Assembly: GCA_041740795.1 (NCBI GenBank)
Contig: JBGSLH010000004.1
Span: 1 to 61,710, forward strand
Source of the DNA: Minisyncoccia bacterium
GTDB lineage: Bacteria; Patescibacteriota; Minisyncoccia; Phycocordibacterales; JAACPR01
DNA length: 61,710 nt
Direction: 5' to 3'
Part shown: positions 49,045 through 58,670 of the stretch, piece by piece
Layout of the letters: each line of letters starts with the position of its first letter
How positions within the stretch are numbered: position 1 is the stretch's first letter
Notes under the pieces: model-generated
What the model was told of the DNA's origin: nothing
The model's database searches: none
The model's input: the letters and a program-made list of their open reading frames with translations, nothing else
Made by a program: the position numbers and the translations under genes

Positions 49045-50451
49045 ATGAACATTTCTGAATTTACAATTGAAACACTCAATGCAAAATTGATTTCAAAAGA
49101 ACTTTCTGTTCAGGAAGTTGTCGATGCATTCATTTCTCGAATTTATGAAAAAAATGATGAACTCAATGTGTTTATCGAAATTCATAAAGATTTTATCCAA
49201 AAACAAATACTCGTTGCTCAATCAAAAATAGATGACGGGAGCGCGACTATTTTGACAGGTATTCCAATTGCCGTTAAAGATAATATCTTAATCAAAGGAG
49301 AAAAAATCACAGCTGCTTCAAAAATCTTAGAAGGCTATACTGCGACATATGATGCGACCGTCATTGAGAAATTAAAATCACACGGAGCAATTCTTATACC
49401 TCGGGCAAATATGGACGAATTTGCCATGGGAGCGACGACAGAGAACTCTGCTTTTGGGGTGACGAAGAATCCACATGATATGGGCCGTGTTGCAGGAGGA
49501 TCATCGGGAGGAAGTGCCGTAGCGGTTGCTGCTGGGATGACCGTTGCTTCTCTTGGTTCTGATACTGGAGGATCAGTCAGACAACCAGCATCTCTTTGTG
49601 GAGTAGTGGGATTAAAACCTACGTATGGAAGCGTGTCTCGAAATGGCCTTATCGCAATGGCGAGCTCATTTGATGTGATTGGACCGATCACTAAGAATGT
49701 CGCTGATTCCAAAATTATTTTTAATGCGATCAAAGGAACCGATCCTCTTGACCAGACGACTGTGCTTAAGGAGATTTCATCAGAAGTAAAAAAAATAGGT
49801 GTACCATATCATTTTCTTAAATCAGGTATAGATGCGGATGTACTCGAAGTTTTTAATTCGAACATTGAAAAACTCAAAGGTCTTGGATATGAAATCGTAG
49901 ATATTTCAATTCCGAGTTTTGAATACGCACTTTCTATTTATTATATTCTTGTTCCTGCAGAAGTTTCTTCCAATATGTCACGTTTTGATGGAGTGAAGTT
50001 TGGAGCAAAAGTAGAGGGAAAAGATCTTACTGATGATTATTTTAAAACTCGAGGTACACTTCTTGGAACAGAAGTAAAACGACGGATCATGCTTGGTACA
50101 TATGTGCTTTCGGCTGGATATGCAGATGAATATTATAGAAAGGCATGGGTAGCTCGTAATGCGATTAAGTCAGAGGTCAAAACTATTTTTGAACAAGTAG
50201 ATATGATTGCGATGCCAGTATCACCTTTTCCTGCATTCAAAATTGGTGAAATGTCTTCAGACCCACTCAAGATGTATCTTGCTGATATATTTACTGTATC
50301 TGCAAACGTAGCTGGTGTTCCTGCGATTTCTATTCCTGCAGGAACAGTTGTACGAGAAGATAAAAATCTTCCAATTGGTTTACAACTCATCGCGCCATGG
50401 CATGGTGAAGAACGCCTCTTTAATGTTGGAGCAAAATTTGAGATACTGTAG
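49045..50451 (+). CDS. gatA: Asp/Glu-tRNA amidotransferase subunit A
   Basis: GIPIAVKDN, NMDEFAMG, GGSSGGS, GSDTGGSVRQPA. Confidence 0.97.
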   Translation: MNISEFTIETLNAKLISKELSVQEVVDAFISRIYEKNDELNVFIEIHKDFIQKQILVAQSKIDDGSATILTGIPIAVKDNILIKGEKITAASKILEGYTATYDATVIEKLKSHGAILIPRANMDEFAMGATTENSAFGVTKNPHDMGRVAGGSSGGSAVAVAAGMTVASLGSDTGGSVRQPASLCGVVGLKPTYGSVSRNGLIAMASSFDVIGPITKNVADSKIIFNAIKGTDPLDQTTVLKEISSEVKKIGVPYHFLKSGIDADVLEVFNSNIEKLKGLGYEIVDISIPSFEYALSIYYILVPAEVSSNMSRFDGVKFGAKVEGKDLTDDYFKTRGTLLGTEVKRRIMLGTYVLSAGYADEYYRKAWVARNAIKSEVKTIFEQVDMIAMPVSPFPAFKIGEMSSDPLKMYLADIFTVSANVAGVPAISIPAGTVVREDKNLPIGLQLIAPWHGEERLFNVGAKFEIL

Positions 50452-50454
50452 GTA

Positions 50455-51480
50455 ATGGCTGAAATAAAAAAAGACGCTCCAAAACCTACTTCTTCTGCTT
50501 CTGGTGACGAGCGACATTGGTTCATCGCTTTCTTTCCTGTGATCGTGGTCTTTGTTCTACTTGCACTCGGAGCAAGACTCAATCAAGAAACTATCTTTGG
50601 TGACAAGCTTCAGGATCCTCCAACTGATGCGCTTTCGACAAAGAAGGATATTTTGAATATGTACGAATGGATTGGACCAGGTGAACTTTTTGAATCACAA
50701 AGAATTATTAATACAGATAAAGTAATTGTTCGTAATACTCCAGCTGGCGGAATCGTTGGTAAGCAAAAAAAACTTATTACAGGAGTCCTTCGAGGCGAAC
50801 CTGTCGAAGCTTTCAATACAGTATGGTGGAGAGTGGATTATCCCGAAGCTCCCGACGGATGGGTGAATGTTGAGCAGATTTCCTCAAAGGTGAAGACTGT
50901 GCGAGCAATCAACATTGTCCCGATTGTTTACGGATTTTATAAACCGATCGGATACACACTGCTCTTTGTGCTCTTGATCTTTTTTGTATATTTCAAATTC
51001 AAGTTGAAGAAAGAAGAGAAGATTGCCAAAAAGAAAAAGACACTGAAGGATGAACTGTATCAAGAAAAATCAGTGCCACTGTCCGTGCGCATTGAACAAA
51101 AGCCAGATGTGCAAGAAGTGTCGGGATTCCAGACCGAAGAAATTGTCCCTATTCAGGTTCTCGAACAGCAGAACAGGTGGAAACACATCCAGGATCTTAT
51201 TAAGTCATACAATGCGAACGATTGGAGACAAGCGATCATCGAAGCGGATATTATTTTGGAAGAAATGCTCGATAAAATGCAGTACGAAGGTCTGACTATT
51301 GGAGATAAGTTAAAAAAAGTCGAGAAGTCCGACTTCGTGACGCTTGATCGAGCGTGGTCTGCGCACCGTGTTCGAAACCAGATTGCTCATGATGGTTCAA
51401 GTTTCAAGCTCCATCGCGAATTGGCCGAAAAGACAATCAAGGATTATGAAATGGTATTTCGAGAGTTCTACTATATTTGA
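50455..51480 (+). CDS. Two-TM protein with SH3-like external domain and C-terminal HEPN-like domain
   Basis: TM1, VRNTPAG...WWRVDY...DGWV, TM2 followed by poly-K, AHRVRNQIAH. Confidence 0.8.
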   Translation: MAEIKKDAPKPTSSASGDERHWFIAFFPVIVVFVLLALGARLNQETIFGDKLQDPPTDALSTKKDILNMYEWIGPGELFESQRIINTDKVIVRNTPAGGIVGKQKKLITGVLRGEPVEAFNTVWWRVDYPEAPDGWVNVEQISSKVKTVRAINIVPIVYGFYKPIGYTLLFVLLIFFVYFKFKLKKEEKIAKKKKTLKDELYQEKSVPLSVRIEQKPDVQEVSGFQTEEIVPIQVLEQQNRWKHIQDLIKSYNANDWRQAIIEADIILEEMLDKMQYEGLTIGDKLKKVEKSDFVTLDRAWSAHRVRNQIAHDGSSFKLHRELAEKTIKDYEMVFREFYYI

Positions 51481-51580
51481 TAGGTATCAACTGAATATTT
51501 TGACAAACCCCATTTATTTTGTAAGTATGCAAAAGAATCTTCTTTTACTATGAAAACCAAAACAGAATACTTGCAAACAT

Positions 51581-51919
51581 TTGCTCGCCATGCTTTTCTC
51601 AATATGCTTACTTCTTTGGGCAGGAATCAAGCTTGAATCGTCCTTGTACGTGCGAGGATTGGCTCTTGTTCCTTGGTTGGTTATCTTCGGCTTCTCCCTA
51701 AGATTACTTCATGTTTACTTCGAGTGTCCTCTCGACTCTGATTCATTCAGTAAGCTGAATCGTATCATAGATGCCTGCGCGATCGGTGCAGGCCTCTCGT
51801 TTATTTTCATCATGACTATCACTTTGCCAGAAGTGAACATGAAGGCAATTTCTGTAGTCTTGGGAACCTTCGGATTTTTCGTAGTCTATTTCCACTCTTT
51901 ACCCATAAGAAAAAAATAG
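51581..51919 (+). CDS. Hypothetical multi-TM membrane protein (start uncertain)
   Basis: Hydrophobic 112-aa ORF from TTG; upstream TTGACA; terminator 51935-51963. Confidence 0.6.
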   Translation: MLAMLFSICLLLWAGIKLESSLYVRGLALVPWLVIFGFSLRLLHVYFECPLDSDSFSKLNRIIDACAIGAGLSFIFIMTITLPEVNMKAISVVLGTFGFFVVYFHSLPIRKK

Positions 51920-51973
51920 ATAAGTAAATCTGCCAAACAGCGCGTTACGACGCGCTGTTTTTTAATTTAAATA

Positions 51974-52975
51974 TTAGATCTCACTCACTCTATATCCACT
52001 CGGAGCATTTTTCAGATATTCTTCTATCTTTGCTTGTGAAAGAAGTCCTGCTTGCGCACCTATATATTGAACAACCGACATCGAGTTGATTGGTCCCCAG
52101 AGAAATGCTTCCTGAAAAGGTTTGCCAAGCGCAAGGGCTGAAGTGATAGTTGATGCGAAAGAATCTCCTGCACCAGTTCGATCGACAGGTTCCTTAAGAT
52201 CTGGATACATTGGTACTTGATACGTCTTTGATTCGTAGAGTGCGTGTGCTCCGTTTGGTCCGTCTGTAATGATAGGAATCTGTGGACCTAGATCTTTTAT
52301 ATTTTGTAACAATATTTTTATATCAGATTCTTTTGTGTTCAAAATAGTCTGAGCTTCTTCTTTATTACAGAAAAACAGATATGTGTGAGCGTATAGATCC
52401 TTAAGTGCATCATATCCAAGTTTTATTTGAAATGTCCCTGGTTGAAATGCTAATTTGGTATTCGTATTCTTTTTCAAAAATTCTGCGATTTGGTGATGGT
52501 ACTCAAGAGAGTTTTCTGCAAGTGAACTGAGATACATAAAAGACGGTGCAGGAGAAATATTTGGGAACGAGTAGGGGAACTCTGTGTGCTTCACAAGGAT
52601 CGTTCGTTCTGCTCCTAATCTGAGAACATAATGATAATTAGATTTCTGATCTTTATGTACGAGAACGTATTTGGTATTGATACCTTCTTTTTTAAGTGCT
52701 TGAATTTGCTCTCGTCCAAAAGCATCGTCTCCAGTATTAGTTACCAGTCCAGTTTTGAGTCCGAGTCTATGTGCACTTACTCCTGCATTCGGGCTATTTC
52801 CAACAGCAGCCACTACTACGACATCATTGAAAGGGAGCTTTGTACCGAATTTCATACAGAGTTCTTTTTCTCCTGCAGGATTGTCAGTCTCGACCCATGC
52901 GCTGTTAAGTTCGATAAAGGCGTCAGTCACAATATCTCCGACTGCTATAAAATCCAATTTTTTGAAGTTAAACAT
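51974..52975 (-). CDS. PfkB-family carbohydrate kinase
   Basis: GNSPNAG, FCNKEEA, ITDGPNGA, DRTGAGDSF. Confidence 0.93.
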   Translation of the reverse strand: MFNFKKLDFIAVGDIVTDAFIELNSAWVETDNPAGEKELCMKFGTKLPFNDVVVVAAVGNSPNAGVSAHRLGLKTGLVTNTGDDAFGREQIQALKKEGINTKYVLVHKDQKSNYHYVLRLGAERTILVKHTEFPYSFPNISPAPSFMYLSSLAENSLEYHHQIAEFLKKNTNTKLAFQPGTFQIKLGYDALKDLYAHTYLFFCNKEEAQTILNTKESDIKILLQNIKDLGPQIPIITDGPNGAHALYESKTYQVPMYPDLKEPVDRTGAGDSFASTITSALALGKPFQEAFLWGPINSMSVVQYIGAQAGLLSQAKIEEYLKNAPSGYRVSEI

Positions 52976-52999
52976 ATGAAAGGATTATATCATTAGCAC

Positions 53000-53139
53000 G
53001 TCATTCCCGCGAAGGCGGGGATCCAGTCCCGAAGGGATTAATTGATTAAAGTTATTGTGTAACGATTTGCGACTCCTGTCCTTTGACTAGTTATGTTTTG
53101 CGCTTTGTGATCCTGGATTCCCGCCTTCGCGGGAATGAC
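53000..53139. mobile_element. RPE/dRS3-like MITE with 27-bp terminal inverted repeats
   Basis: GTCATTCCCGCGAAGGCGGGGATCCAG ... CTGGATTCCCGCCTTCGCGGGAATGAC. Confidence 0.85.
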
Positions 53140-53170
53140 GACACTGTGAATATGTTATACTAAGCCTCAT

Positions 53171-54028
53171 ATGACACTCAAAGAAACAATTTTAGACGCC
53201 AAGGCGCGTAAGGTAGCAGTCGGACATTTTAATGTATCTAATCTCGAAGCGGTGCATGCGATCAAGGAAGCCGTGCAGGAAACTGGATATCCTGTAATCA
53301 TAGGTCTCTCAGAAGGCGAAGGGGAATTCTTTGGTTTGCGCGAACTTGTTGCGATCGTTCGGGAATATCAGTCTCGAGGACTGCCTATCTTTACGAATGC
53401 TGATCATTCATATTCTTTTCAGCGAGCACAGAGTGCAATCGACGCAGGATTTGATGCAGTGATTATTGATGGTGCTGATTTGCCTCATGAAAAAAATATT
53501 GCAATGACAAAAGAAGTAGTTGAGTATGCACGATCTCAAAATCCAAACTGTCTTGTAGAAGCCGAGATTGGATTTATTGGAAAATCTTCAAATATTTTGG
53601 ACAAAATTCCTGAAGGAGTCGGAACAGAAGAATTTCTTACTAAGCCTGAAGAAGCAAAGGCATTCGTAGATGCGACAGGTGTCGACATGCTTGCTCCTGC
53701 AGTCGGTAATCTTCATGGAATGCTCAAGGACATGCCTAATCCTCGACTTGATATTCCTAGGATCCAGGCGATTGCGGATGCAACAGGCGTCCCACTTGTA
53801 CTTCATGGTGGTTCTGGGATTAGTGTCGAAGATTTCAAGGCAGCAATCGCAGCAGGAATTTGTATTGTGCATATCAACACCGAAATTCGAATAGCATACA
53901 AGGAAGCTCTGATAAAAGGACTTGCGGACAATGCGGATCAAGTTGCTCCGTACAAATTTCTCAAGCCTGCACAGGAGGCAGTCAAAAAGGTAATAATCGA
54001 GAAGCTAAAAGTATTTAACAATGGGTAA
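53171..54028 (+). CDS. fba: Class II fructose-bisphosphate aldolase
   Basis: NADH, VEAEIG, VDMLAPAVGNLHG, LVLHGGSG, NTEIR. Confidence 0.93.
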   Translation: MTLKETILDAKARKVAVGHFNVSNLEAVHAIKEAVQETGYPVIIGLSEGEGEFFGLRELVAIVREYQSRGLPIFTNADHSYSFQRAQSAIDAGFDAVIIDGADLPHEKNIAMTKEVVEYARSQNPNCLVEAEIGFIGKSSNILDKIPEGVGTEEFLTKPEEAKAFVDATGVDMLAPAVGNLHGMLKDMPNPRLDIPRIQAIADATGVPLVLHGGSGISVEDFKAAIAAGICIVHINTEIRIAYKEALIKGLADNADQVAPYKFLKPAQEAVKKVIIEKLKVFNNG

Positions 54029-55751
54029 TGCTAATAGTGAGATCCCGCATCGAGTGAGGGATGACAAAAATACCGTGCGGGACGACAGTGTGATTTTACC
54101 CAAAGAACTTTTTTCCCTTTTACAAAAACAAATACAGGGCGAAGTCGTTTTTGACGAGGAGACTTTGCAGAAGTACAGTCATGACACGTCAATTTTTGAA
54201 ATAAAACCTCTTGCAGTCGTGTATCCCAAGAACTCGTTAGATATTTCTCATATTATAAAATTCGTTCAAGATAATAAGTTCACCATTCCACAACTCTCGA
54301 TTACACCTCGAAGTGGAGGATCAGACATGACAGGTGGTGCGATTGGACAAGGGCTGATTATTGATGTGACACGCTACATCAACCAGTTTGAAATTGATTT
54401 TAAGAATCTTGCAGCACACGTACAGCCCGGAGTATTCTACCGTGACTTTGAACCAAAGAGTCTCGAGCAGAATCTCATTATGCCTGTATATCCCGCATCC
54501 AAAAACCTCGCGGCGTTCGGTGGGATGATCTCAAACAATTGTGCAGGAGAAAAATCCTTACAGTACGGACAGATGCGCAACTTCGTCACGGATATCAAAG
54601 TTGTGTTATCGAACGGAAAAGAATATCAATTCAAGGAACTTTCTTTTGATGAGGTTCAAAAAATTATAAAGGGCAAGGACGAATTTATCGCGGGGATCTA
54701 TCGTCGCATCTTCCATATGCTTGATCAGAATTACGAATTCATCCAGAATGCAAAACCGAAGACGAGCAAGAACTCTTCTGGGTACGCGCTGTGGAATATT
54801 ATGGATAAAGAAAAAAAGACATTCAATCTTGCTCAGCTCTTTGTTGGGGCACAAGGGACACTTGGATTTCTGACGGATGCCAATATCAGACTTGTTGAAG
54901 AAAAACCTTTTCAAAAAATTATCACGGTATTTCTACCTTCGTGGAATCCTTTGCCAAAGCTGGTAAATGATCTTCTTGTGCATAAGCCTGAATCTCTCGA
55001 AGTGTTCGATGATACGACACTCAAGCTTGGACTCAGATTCTTTCCTCAGATTGCAAAACGAATCGGCCAACCACTTTTCAAATTTCTTGTGAGCTTCATT
55101 CCTGAATTCTTCATCGGAGTGCGAATGCTCGGACTTCCTAAGCTCATCATGCTGATTGAACTTTCTGCCAATACCCAAGAAGAACTCACTCGTAAGATTC
55201 ATGCGACCGAAAGTTCACTCAAAGACAATAAGGCGATCTTTAGAACAATTCCGACCGTCGAGGAAGCGGAGAAATATTTTGTCGTACGACGAGAGAGCTT
55301 CAATCTTCTGAGAGAAAAAGTAAAAGGGAAGAATACCGCACCGTTTATCGAGGACTTCTGTATTTTGCCTGAGAAGCTCCCTCAGTTTCTTCCTGAGCTT
55401 CTTGCGATTCTCAAAAAAAGCAAGATCGCGGTGAATGTTGCCGGTCATGCAGGTAATGGGAATCTTCACATCATCCCGCTTATGGACCTGAAGGATCCCA
55501 AAGAACGTGCCAAGATCGTAACAGTTGCCAAGCAAGTCTATGACTTGATCATCTCGTATGGAGGAACGATTACTGCTGAGCATAACGACGGGATCATGCG
55601 AACGCCCTTTGTGAAGGATATGTTTGGCGAGAGAACATACCTCCTGTTCAAGGAAGTGAAGAGCATTTTTGATGCAAACAACGTCTTCAATCCTGGTAAG
55701 AAGGTGGATGGAACGCTCGAGGATATCGAGAAGTGGATGAAACACGGGTAA
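54021..55751 (+). CDS. FAD-linked oxidase (GlcD/D-lactate dehydrogenase-like)
   Basis: PRSGGSDMTGG, NCAGEKS, GAQGTLGF, AGHAGNGNLH, TAEHNDG, NPGK. Confidence 0.88.
   Translation: MGNANSEIPHRVRDDKNTVRDDSVILPKELFSLLQKQIQGEVVFDEETLQKYSHDTSIFEIKPLAVVYPKNSLDISHIIKFVQDNKFTIPQLSITPRSGGSDMTGGAIGQGLIIDVTRYINQFEIDFKNLAAHVQPGVFYRDFEPKSLEQNLIMPVYPASKNLAAFGGMISNNCAGEKSLQYGQMRNFVTDIKVVLSNGKEYQFKELSFDEVQKIIKGKDEFIAGIYRRIFHMLDQNYEFIQNAKPKTSKNSSGYALWNIMDKEKKTFNLAQLFVGAQGTLGFLTDANIRLVEEKPFQKIITVFLPSWNPLPKLVNDLLVHKPESLEVFDDTTLKLGLRFFPQIAKRIGQPLFKFLVSFIPEFFIGVRMLGLPKLIMLIELSANTQEELTRKIHATESSLKDNKAIFRTIPTVEEAEKYFVVRRESFNLLREKVKGKNTAPFIEDFCILPEKLPQFLPELLAILKKSKIAVNVAGHAGNGNLHIIPLMDLKDPKERAKIVTVAKQVYDLIISYGGTITAEHNDGIMRTPFVKDMFGERTYLLFKEVKSIFDANNVFNPGKKVDGTLEDIEKWMKHG
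54039..54086 (+). mobile_element. Partial RPE-like element B4, in-frame at oxidase N-terminus
   Basis: GAGATCCCGCATCGAGTGAGGGATGAC plus partial repeat GTGCGGGACGAC; encodes EIPHRVRDDKNTVRDD. Confidence 0.72.
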
Positions 55752-55791
55752 TATTGCCTTTTCAAAAAAAATCTGTATACTGTTAAACACT

Positions 55792-56421
55792 ATGTTAAAA
55801 CTTAAAGTATTGAAAAGAGACGCAACTGAAGTTGCAGAAGATATCCGAGCAGCTGGTTCTATTCCTGCTGTATTCTATGGTCCAAAGGAAGCTGCACAGT
55901 CTATCAAGATCGTATATCCTGATTTTGAAAAGGCCTTCAAGGAAGCCGGAGAGTCAACAGTTGTGACTCTTGTTGTTGATGGAGAAGAACATGAAACTCT
56001 CATTCATGACGTTTCATACCACCCTGTTCGAGGAACTGTCGCTCACGTGGATTTTTATGTAATTGAAAAAGGTAAAAAAGTACAGGTACATGTACCGCTT
56101 GAATTCACAGGAGTTGCGCCAGCCGAAAAGACTCTCGGAGGTACGCTCATGAAAGTTATGCACGAAGTTGAGATCGAAGCGATGCCAAAGGATCTTCCTC
56201 ACGAAATTATCGTAGATATCTCATCTCTTGTAGACTTCGATTCACAGATTCATGCTTCTGATATCGTGCTTCCTTCTGGAGTTACACTTATCGCTGAAGA
56301 CGACGAAGTAATCGCTCTTGTACAGGCTCCAAACGAAGAATCTGACGAACCAGCAGAAGCAGTAGATATTTCATCTATTGAAGTAGAAAAGAAAGGGAAG
56401 AAAGAAGAACCTGCAGAGTAA
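55792..56421 (+). CDS. rplY: 50S ribosomal protein L25/CTC
   Basis: IPAVFYG, HVDFY, VHVPLEFTG, DLPHEIIVDIS, acidic tail. Confidence 0.95.
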   Translation: MLKLKVLKRDATEVAEDIRAAGSIPAVFYGPKEAAQSIKIVYPDFEKAFKEAGESTVVTLVVDGEEHETLIHDVSYHPVRGTVAHVDFYVIEKGKKVQVHVPLEFTGVAPAEKTLGGTLMKVMHEVEIEAMPKDLPHEIIVDISSLVDFDSQIHASDIVLPSGVTLIAEDDEVIALVQAPNEESDEPAEAVDISSIEVEKKGKKEEPAE

Positions 56422-56458
56422 AGCTATCGGCCATTAGTATTTAGCTATTAGTAGTTAG
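56422..56458 (+). repeat. Heptamer tandem array (AGCTATT consensus), copy 1
   Basis: AGCTATC GGCCATT AGTATTT AGCTATT AGTAGTT directly after the stop codon; terminator 56459-56483 follows. Confidence 0.7.
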
Positions 56459-56549
56459 AAAAAGCGCCCTTCGGGCGCTTTTTGTTATAATTAGCCATTA
56501 GTCAACTCTCGCTTCAAATAAAGTATGAAGTCTGATAGAATAGATTTCT

Positions 56550-57890
56550 ATGAGTTATAGATTTTTGTTCAAAAAATTGAATATTTTCCTGCTGTGCATA
56601 TTGATTCTCACGCTCTCTTTTTATGTAGATGTTCATGCTCAGTCAGAAGAACAGTTGAAGGAAGAACTCGCCAAGACTGAAGCTGAGATCAAAGAACAAG
56701 AAGCCATCTTGAACGCGCAAAAAGTAAAATCAAACGTGATTCTCGGAGAAGTTCAAAAACTCACGTCGCAAATCAATACTGTACAGAAGAACATTGATGC
56801 CAAAAATTCTGTAATCAAGGAAATTGGTTCGGATATCAATATCAAGGACCAGACGGTAAACCAACTTAACGATAAGCTTGATCGGAGTACTGAAGTGCTT
56901 GCTGAACTTATCCGTGCCAAGAATAAGATTGACGACGTTTCTCTTTTTGAAATCGTGACCGCATACGAGAATCTTTCCGAATTTTTTGTTGGAGTTGATT
57001 CTGTTTCTACTATCCAAAAATCAGTAGACAGTCTGCTTGATCAAATCAGAGAACTAAGAGGACTTACACAGGAAGAAAAAACAAAGCTTGAAGAAAAGAA
57101 AAATCGAGAGCAGGACATCAAGGTGAAGATTGAAGCCGAAAAGAAAGTTGTTGCCGTAAAGCAGGGTGAGCAGAAAGGTCTTCTCGCTGCATCAAAGGCT
57201 GTTGAACAGACTCACGAACAGGAACTTGCTGCTAAGCGAGCTAAGGCGAATACTATTCGAAGCGCACTCTTCAAATTGCGAGATACACAAGGGATTTCTT
57301 TTGACGAAGCTCTTAAATATGCTAGCGCGGCATCCAAGGCAACAGGAGTACGAACTGCATTTATCCTTGCTATCTTAAAACAAGAATCAAATCTTGGAAC
57401 GAACGTTGGAACATGTAACCGAGCTGGAGATCCTGAAGAAAAGAAATGGTACAACATCATGCCAGGACCAACGAGTGGATCATGGCGGGATGATCAAACA
57501 ACCTATCTTGCGATCGTTAAGCAGCTTGGTCGAGATCCTGAAACCACACCACTCTCTTGTCCAATGGGAAGCGGTTGGGGAGGAGCGATGGGACCATCAC
57601 AATTCATCCCGACTACCTGGAAAGGATATGCAGGACGAGTTGCGTCCGCACTCGGAGTAAGTCTTGCTGATCCATGGAATCCTCAACATGCATTCATGGC
57701 TACTGCTATCTACATGTCGGATCTCGGAGCAGGAGCGCAGACCTATACCGCAGAACATACAGCGGCTCTCAAGTACTATGCTGGAGGTAATTGGTCCCTT
57801 CCACAGAACCAGTTCTACGGTAACGGAGTGATGGGGCATGCAACTACGTTCCAGGACAATATCGATTTCTTGGACAGTGTTGAGGACTAA
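56550..57890 (+). CDS. Coiled-coil lytic murein transglycosylase (SLT_2-like)
   Basis: N-terminal anchor, long coiled coil, AILKQESNLG, GGAMGPSQFIPTTW, DPWNP. Confidence 0.88.
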   Translation: MSYRFLFKKLNIFLLCILILTLSFYVDVHAQSEEQLKEELAKTEAEIKEQEAILNAQKVKSNVILGEVQKLTSQINTVQKNIDAKNSVIKEIGSDINIKDQTVNQLNDKLDRSTEVLAELIRAKNKIDDVSLFEIVTAYENLSEFFVGVDSVSTIQKSVDSLLDQIRELRGLTQEEKTKLEEKKNREQDIKVKIEAEKKVVAVKQGEQKGLLAASKAVEQTHEQELAAKRAKANTIRSALFKLRDTQGISFDEALKYASAASKATGVRTAFILAILKQESNLGTNVGTCNRAGDPEEKKWYNIMPGPTSGSWRDDQTTYLAIVKQLGRDPETTPLSCPMGSGWGGAMGPSQFIPTTWKGYAGRVASALGVSLADPWNPQHAFMATAIYMSDLGAGAQTYTAEHTAALKYYAGGNWSLPQNQFYGNGVMGHATTFQDNIDFLDSVED

Positions 57891-57956
57891 AATCTTTATA
57901 AAGTGGGTTTATTTCTCTGGGGAAAACTCAAGTAGTGATGATGATATGATTGAGGC

Positions 57957-58301
57957 ATGACAGGAGTAAAATTATCTCAAAAGGAACGTGACGAAGTGGT
58001 GACAAAAGGATATCTTGAAGATGTCTTGGATCAGAGGAATTTTGTAAATAAAGACTATTTTCATAATACGCTGAATCTGGTACTTGAGAGCAAGAATTAC
58101 TCTACCAACGACAGGTTGGATATGGTAATAGAAGAGGTTGCAAGCATTAAGACCCAGCTTTCCCAGATGCAGATTGAACTAGGAGAAGACAACCGACGAC
58201 ACATGAGTGCTCTGATGGAAGATAACCGTCATCAGATTAGTTTACTGATCGAGGCTTTTGAAGCTCGGTTTGAACGAATTGAGCGTAAGGTGTTTGCATA
58301 A
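57957..58301 (+). CDS. Small coiled-coil protein, paralog of 7360-7638
   Basis: KLSQKERDEVVTKGYLED...ALMEDNR...RFERIER. Confidence 0.8.
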   Translation: MTGVKLSQKERDEVVTKGYLEDVLDQRNFVNKDYFHNTLNLVLESKNYSTNDRLDMVIEEVASIKTQLSQMQIELGEDNRRHMSALMEDNRHQISLLIEAFEARFERIERKVFA

Positions 58302-58313
58302 AGGCGACGGTCT

Positions 58314-58375
58314 CTGGATCCCTGTCGACACAAGGATCATAGAAATATACGCGCTCCGCTCGGTATTTCTATGAC
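58314..58375. repeat. Degenerate palindromic element remnants
   Basis: CTGGATCCCTGTCGACACAAGGATC and CATAGAAATA...TATTTCTATGAC hairpins. Confidence 0.45.
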
Positions 58376-58412
58376 TTTACAAAACAAGGCTTTCTGCTAT
58401 AGTACTACCACT

Positions 58413-58622
58413 ATGAAAAAAGATATCCACCCAACATACTACGCAAACGCAGTGACCACATGTGCATGTGGTGCTTCATTTGAAGTTGGTTCAACAAAGG
58501 AAAAGCAGAACATTGAAATCTGCTCACAATGTCACCCTTTCTATACTGGTCAAGAAAAAACACTCGACGCAGCTGGACGAGTAGAAAAATTCAAAGCTCG
58601 AATGGCAAAATCAAAGAATTAA
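58413..58622 (+). CDS. rpmE: 50S ribosomal protein L31 (Zn-binding type)
   Basis: MKKDIHPTY, CACG, EICSQCHPFYTG; terminator 58630-58661. Confidence 0.97.
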   Translation: MKKDIHPTYYANAVTTCACGASFEVGSTKEKQNIEICSQCHPFYTGQEKTLDAAGRVEKFKARMAKSKN

Positions 58623-58670
58623 CTTTTGTAAGAGGGGCGCGCCGCAGGCGCGCCCCTCTTTGCCTTTACA

